Positions 61,221-64,000 of a stretch of DNA of 64,000 nt are shown in pieces. Every line of letters begins with the position of its first letter. The stretch's first letter is position 1. Origin of the DNA: Hydrolagus affinis (lineage: Eukaryota); contig JAAILG010000257.1 of the NCBI GenBank assembly GCA_012026655.1, forward strand, positions 1 to 64,000, in the 5' to 3' direction. The notes beneath the pieces are model-generated. The model was not told where the DNA came from and searched no databases. It was given only the letters and a program-made list of their open reading frames with translations. The translations under genes and the position numbers were made by a program.

Positions 61221-61911
61221 CACGTTCGTTTGCAATCCAAAGAAAATGTGAGAGGCACCTGCTTTTTCCTCTTTCCTCCAATACTCACATCTACACGAGA
61301 GCTTGAAGACATTTGGATTAATTGTCACTGCATCACCCGGGGAAAGGAGGACGGGAGGGAGAATATTAACTTAAAAATCAAAAATTCCATACACAAAATT
61401 ATTTTTGTGTTTTAATATGCTCCTGTCAATCTCACACCAGCGATTGAGTCCAGCCTCTGACAGCTAACCTGTCAAACACTGGGCCTCAAAACACCCTCTC
61501 TTCCTCTTGCCTCCTCTCTCCTCCGCCTCCCTCTGATTTTCCTGGGCAAATTGTACCATAACTGTTTAATTCTTGGAATAACTGTTGGAACATTCAAAAG
61601 TGCAATGCATTTAGAAAAAATACAATCTAATGGCCAAGTGTGTGGCCTTTTTTAGAATAAACACTTTTGGAGTAATCTTGCTTTCGAAACACCAACATCA
61701 TCTTCCCCGAACTTGGTCAAAGCAAATATTTGATAGTGAGTTTCAGGCTGGAGTTTGGACTTGGGCTGAAATCAGCACAAAAGGTGACAATGTGTGTACA
61801 GGAGCCCACCCTAATCACTCTGCCGAGGTGCTTAAACCGTCCTACTGCAACTCCTCACTGTAAATTATGGGAGTAAGACAGGGTTGTGTTGTTGTAGATT
61901 TTTCTGAATTA

Positions 61912-62110
61912 GCACCTGATAATATTCTCTCAAATAAAAACCATGATAATTTTGGTCATTTCAATCCACGACTATTTGTGGGGACACTGCTGCCGCACTT
62001 CACCCAGAAATATTCAGGCAGTTAATTTTACGGTATATTCAGCGAAGTGGTTTGAGACGTCTAGAAGACAAGATAAGGCGCGATATCAAACGCAAGGATT
62101 ATTATTATTA
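61912..62110 (+). mobile_element. Deu-type SINE lacking head
   Basis: cctgataat...ttggtcatttcaatccacgactatttgtggggacactgctg...tttgagacgtctagaagacaagataaggcgcgatatcaaacgcaaggattattatt. Confidence 0.9.
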
Positions 62111-63514
62111 AGGTGTTCACGAACGAGAGTGCTGCGGCTTTAAGAGAGCGGGCAAAACTCCCGGGCAGTGTGACGCGCTGGTGTGTTGTGTATTACGATG
62201 CAGCCAGTGGTGGCCGGTGGCTTATTTGACAGGTGAGGCAATCTTGAGTTTGCCTAACTTGTTACCACAAATCCTGAGAAAGTTATCGCTTTGCTGGTGC
62301 AACCTGTCCCTCTGCTTGCTCAGTCTTCAGTTGTGAAGTGTGATTTTTTTGTGTGTAGTATGTGAGCGGGCGTTAGTGCATTTTTTATCCATTCAGTCAT
62401 TGGTCTTCGGTTCCCCTCGATGTTCCCTCAGAACAGTTTCCCAGGACATGGAGTGTTGGCAGCCTCGATAGTTAAACGAGCACCTAAACTGTAAAACAGA
62501 CCCTGGCCTAGCCAAAGAGTTGATTGCTTGCATTTCTCAACTGCCCCCATTGATGGTTGGAGTAATTGGGATGCTCTCGGACATCGCAGAATTTTAACAG
62601 TTTGAACTGATCAAGTGGCCCAAAGAACCGCCACACATTACAATGCAACAATCTTCATCTGCTTACATATGCAACCAGCTGGAGTAGTTGCCGAACGGAA
62701 ATTAAGGTAGCGAGAACTCATCTTGTCCTTGAATAGCCATTTACAGAGCTACGATCCCTCACTAGGGACTGTGGTCTTATGGAAGAAGATGATTAGAATA
62801 AATTGTACTTGATGAAAACTGGACATCATGCTGAGAAGACAGAATGGTTTTATCAGATATGATAATTTTTGATTTACATTGCTTATCAGTCTCAGTGCAT
62901 TATTGTCGTCATCTGCACAGAACATGATCTGCCAGTATGCAATATTGATCTTTTCGCAAACAAATAAGACAGCGCACTTTACAACATTGTTTTGTGTGTG
63001 TGTTTAAAAAAAAAAGGCATTTTACACTTGCTAGTCCTGCTGTCAGCCCCATCACCCACACAAATGTCTGAGCAACATGCTTTGTGGATCTCGCAAGGAT
63101 ATATTCATAGCTTATTACCTGCTGGAGTGCTTTAGGGTTTAGAGCAGATTAAATCCTCCCTATGTTCTGCCACCTATCTGCTCTGCCCATCGCCTCCAGA
63201 ACACTGCACGCCAAATTTCTTTTGTGTGATGCATCCTGTTTAATAAGTTTTTTTTTTGGCTTGAATCTTCTCCCTTTTCTTCTCTCTCTTACCCCCCCCT
63301 CGCCCCCTCCTCAACCTTTCATTTTAACTGTTTTTATTCACCACAGGAGAATGTTGGTCACACACATTCTTTCCCATGTCATAGCTAGGCAGCCTGCTGC
63401 ACTAGGTATGATATTCCTGATTGGAAGTGAAGGTTAGGCAAGTGATGTTTATTAGTATGTTGACGCGCTCAGCCACTAAGTGACCGTATGTGTTATATCT
63501 CCTCTCCTGGATTT

Positions 63515-63570
63515 CTCTTCGGGTCGAGGCTGCTCCATTCTCCTCTTTGGGTCGAGGCTGCTCCATTCTT
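63515..63570. repeat. 28-bp tandem duplication (2 copies)
   Basis: ctcttcgggtcgaggctgctccattctc followed by ctctttgggtcgaggctgctccattctt. Confidence 0.95.
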
Positions 63571-63944
63571 CTGCATATGGGAAGCGAATGGACTATCAGA
63601 GGGAGAGACGATTCATATTCCTTCTATGGCTTCTCTTCTTGTTTTCCTTGTTTCCCTCTCACCCTCACTCACACTTTGATAGTGCGAGGAGATGGTGGAG
63701 GGGAGATCTAGTGATGGGATGGAGCACTTGGGTTACAGTTGACCTGAACGGGGGGTGGGTGGGGGGTGGGGGGGGGGGCGGTGCGCAAATAATGGTGGTG
63801 GTGGATAGTGGGAGGGAGATTGGGGGAGAAATAATTATCAAACAAAAAAGAGGATTTAATTCAGTAAAGCAAAAGAGGTTAAAATGAAATAGAAACATCT
63901 ATCAAATAAACAACGGGAACATAAATCAGAAGCTACTGGTGCAT

Positions 63945-64000
63945 GTCTCAAAGCGCTTCACAGAATATACTGTAAAGTGAATTGACTTTATATTTATGGG
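63945..64000 (-). mobile_element. Deu-type SINE fragment running off the window end
   Basis: gtctcaaagcgcttcacagaatatactgtaaagtgaattgac. Confidence 0.85.

Noticed and set aside
63515-63570. 28-bp repeat as a CRISPR-like array
   Set aside because: Only two head-to-tail units with no spacer, in vertebrate DNA; an ordinary tandem duplication.
3210-63781. Numerous G-rich tracts as specific G-quadruplex elements
   Set aside because: Present throughout on both strands as low-complexity background; none shows a distinguishing context.
540-63945. TGCATG (RBFOX) motif enrichment
   Set aside because: About 17 seen by eye, close to random expectation for a hexamer in 64 kb.

Overview
Vertebrate non-coding DNA, most likely cartilaginous fish. 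The SINE/LINE repertoire and the uniform 100-N gaps resemble an elephant shark/Callorhinchus-type assembly, but this species call is an inference. No protein-coding gene, tRNA gene, rRNA or CRISPR array can be supported. The listed ORFs are short and spurious, except those that read through decayed LINE ORF2 remnants. The window looks like a very long intron or gene desert. It carries (i) about 20 copies or fragments of tRNA-derived SINEs with a Deu-type 3' part and (ATT)n tail, in a younger short subfamily and an older subfamily with a full Deu core; (ii) many 5'-truncated L2-type LINE ends with (GTT)n tails, plus decayed RT remnants; (iii) CR1 fragments, an AmnSINE2-like copy and two fold-back elements; (iv) microsatellites and G-tracts; and (v) repeat-free blocks rich in homeobox/POU motifs that are candidate conserved enhancers. 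I found no convincing novel multi-gene system. The best leads are a hairpin in the old Deu-SINE that seems to attract insertions and deletions, a covarying 3' stem-loop shared by the SINE and LINE tails, a tail-to-tail inverted SINE pair, a 20-bp direct repeat bracketing an unassigned 375-bp segment, and two candidate small exons. Repeat boundaries were read by eye (about +/-10-20 bp) and family names come from recalled consensus sequences, not a database search.
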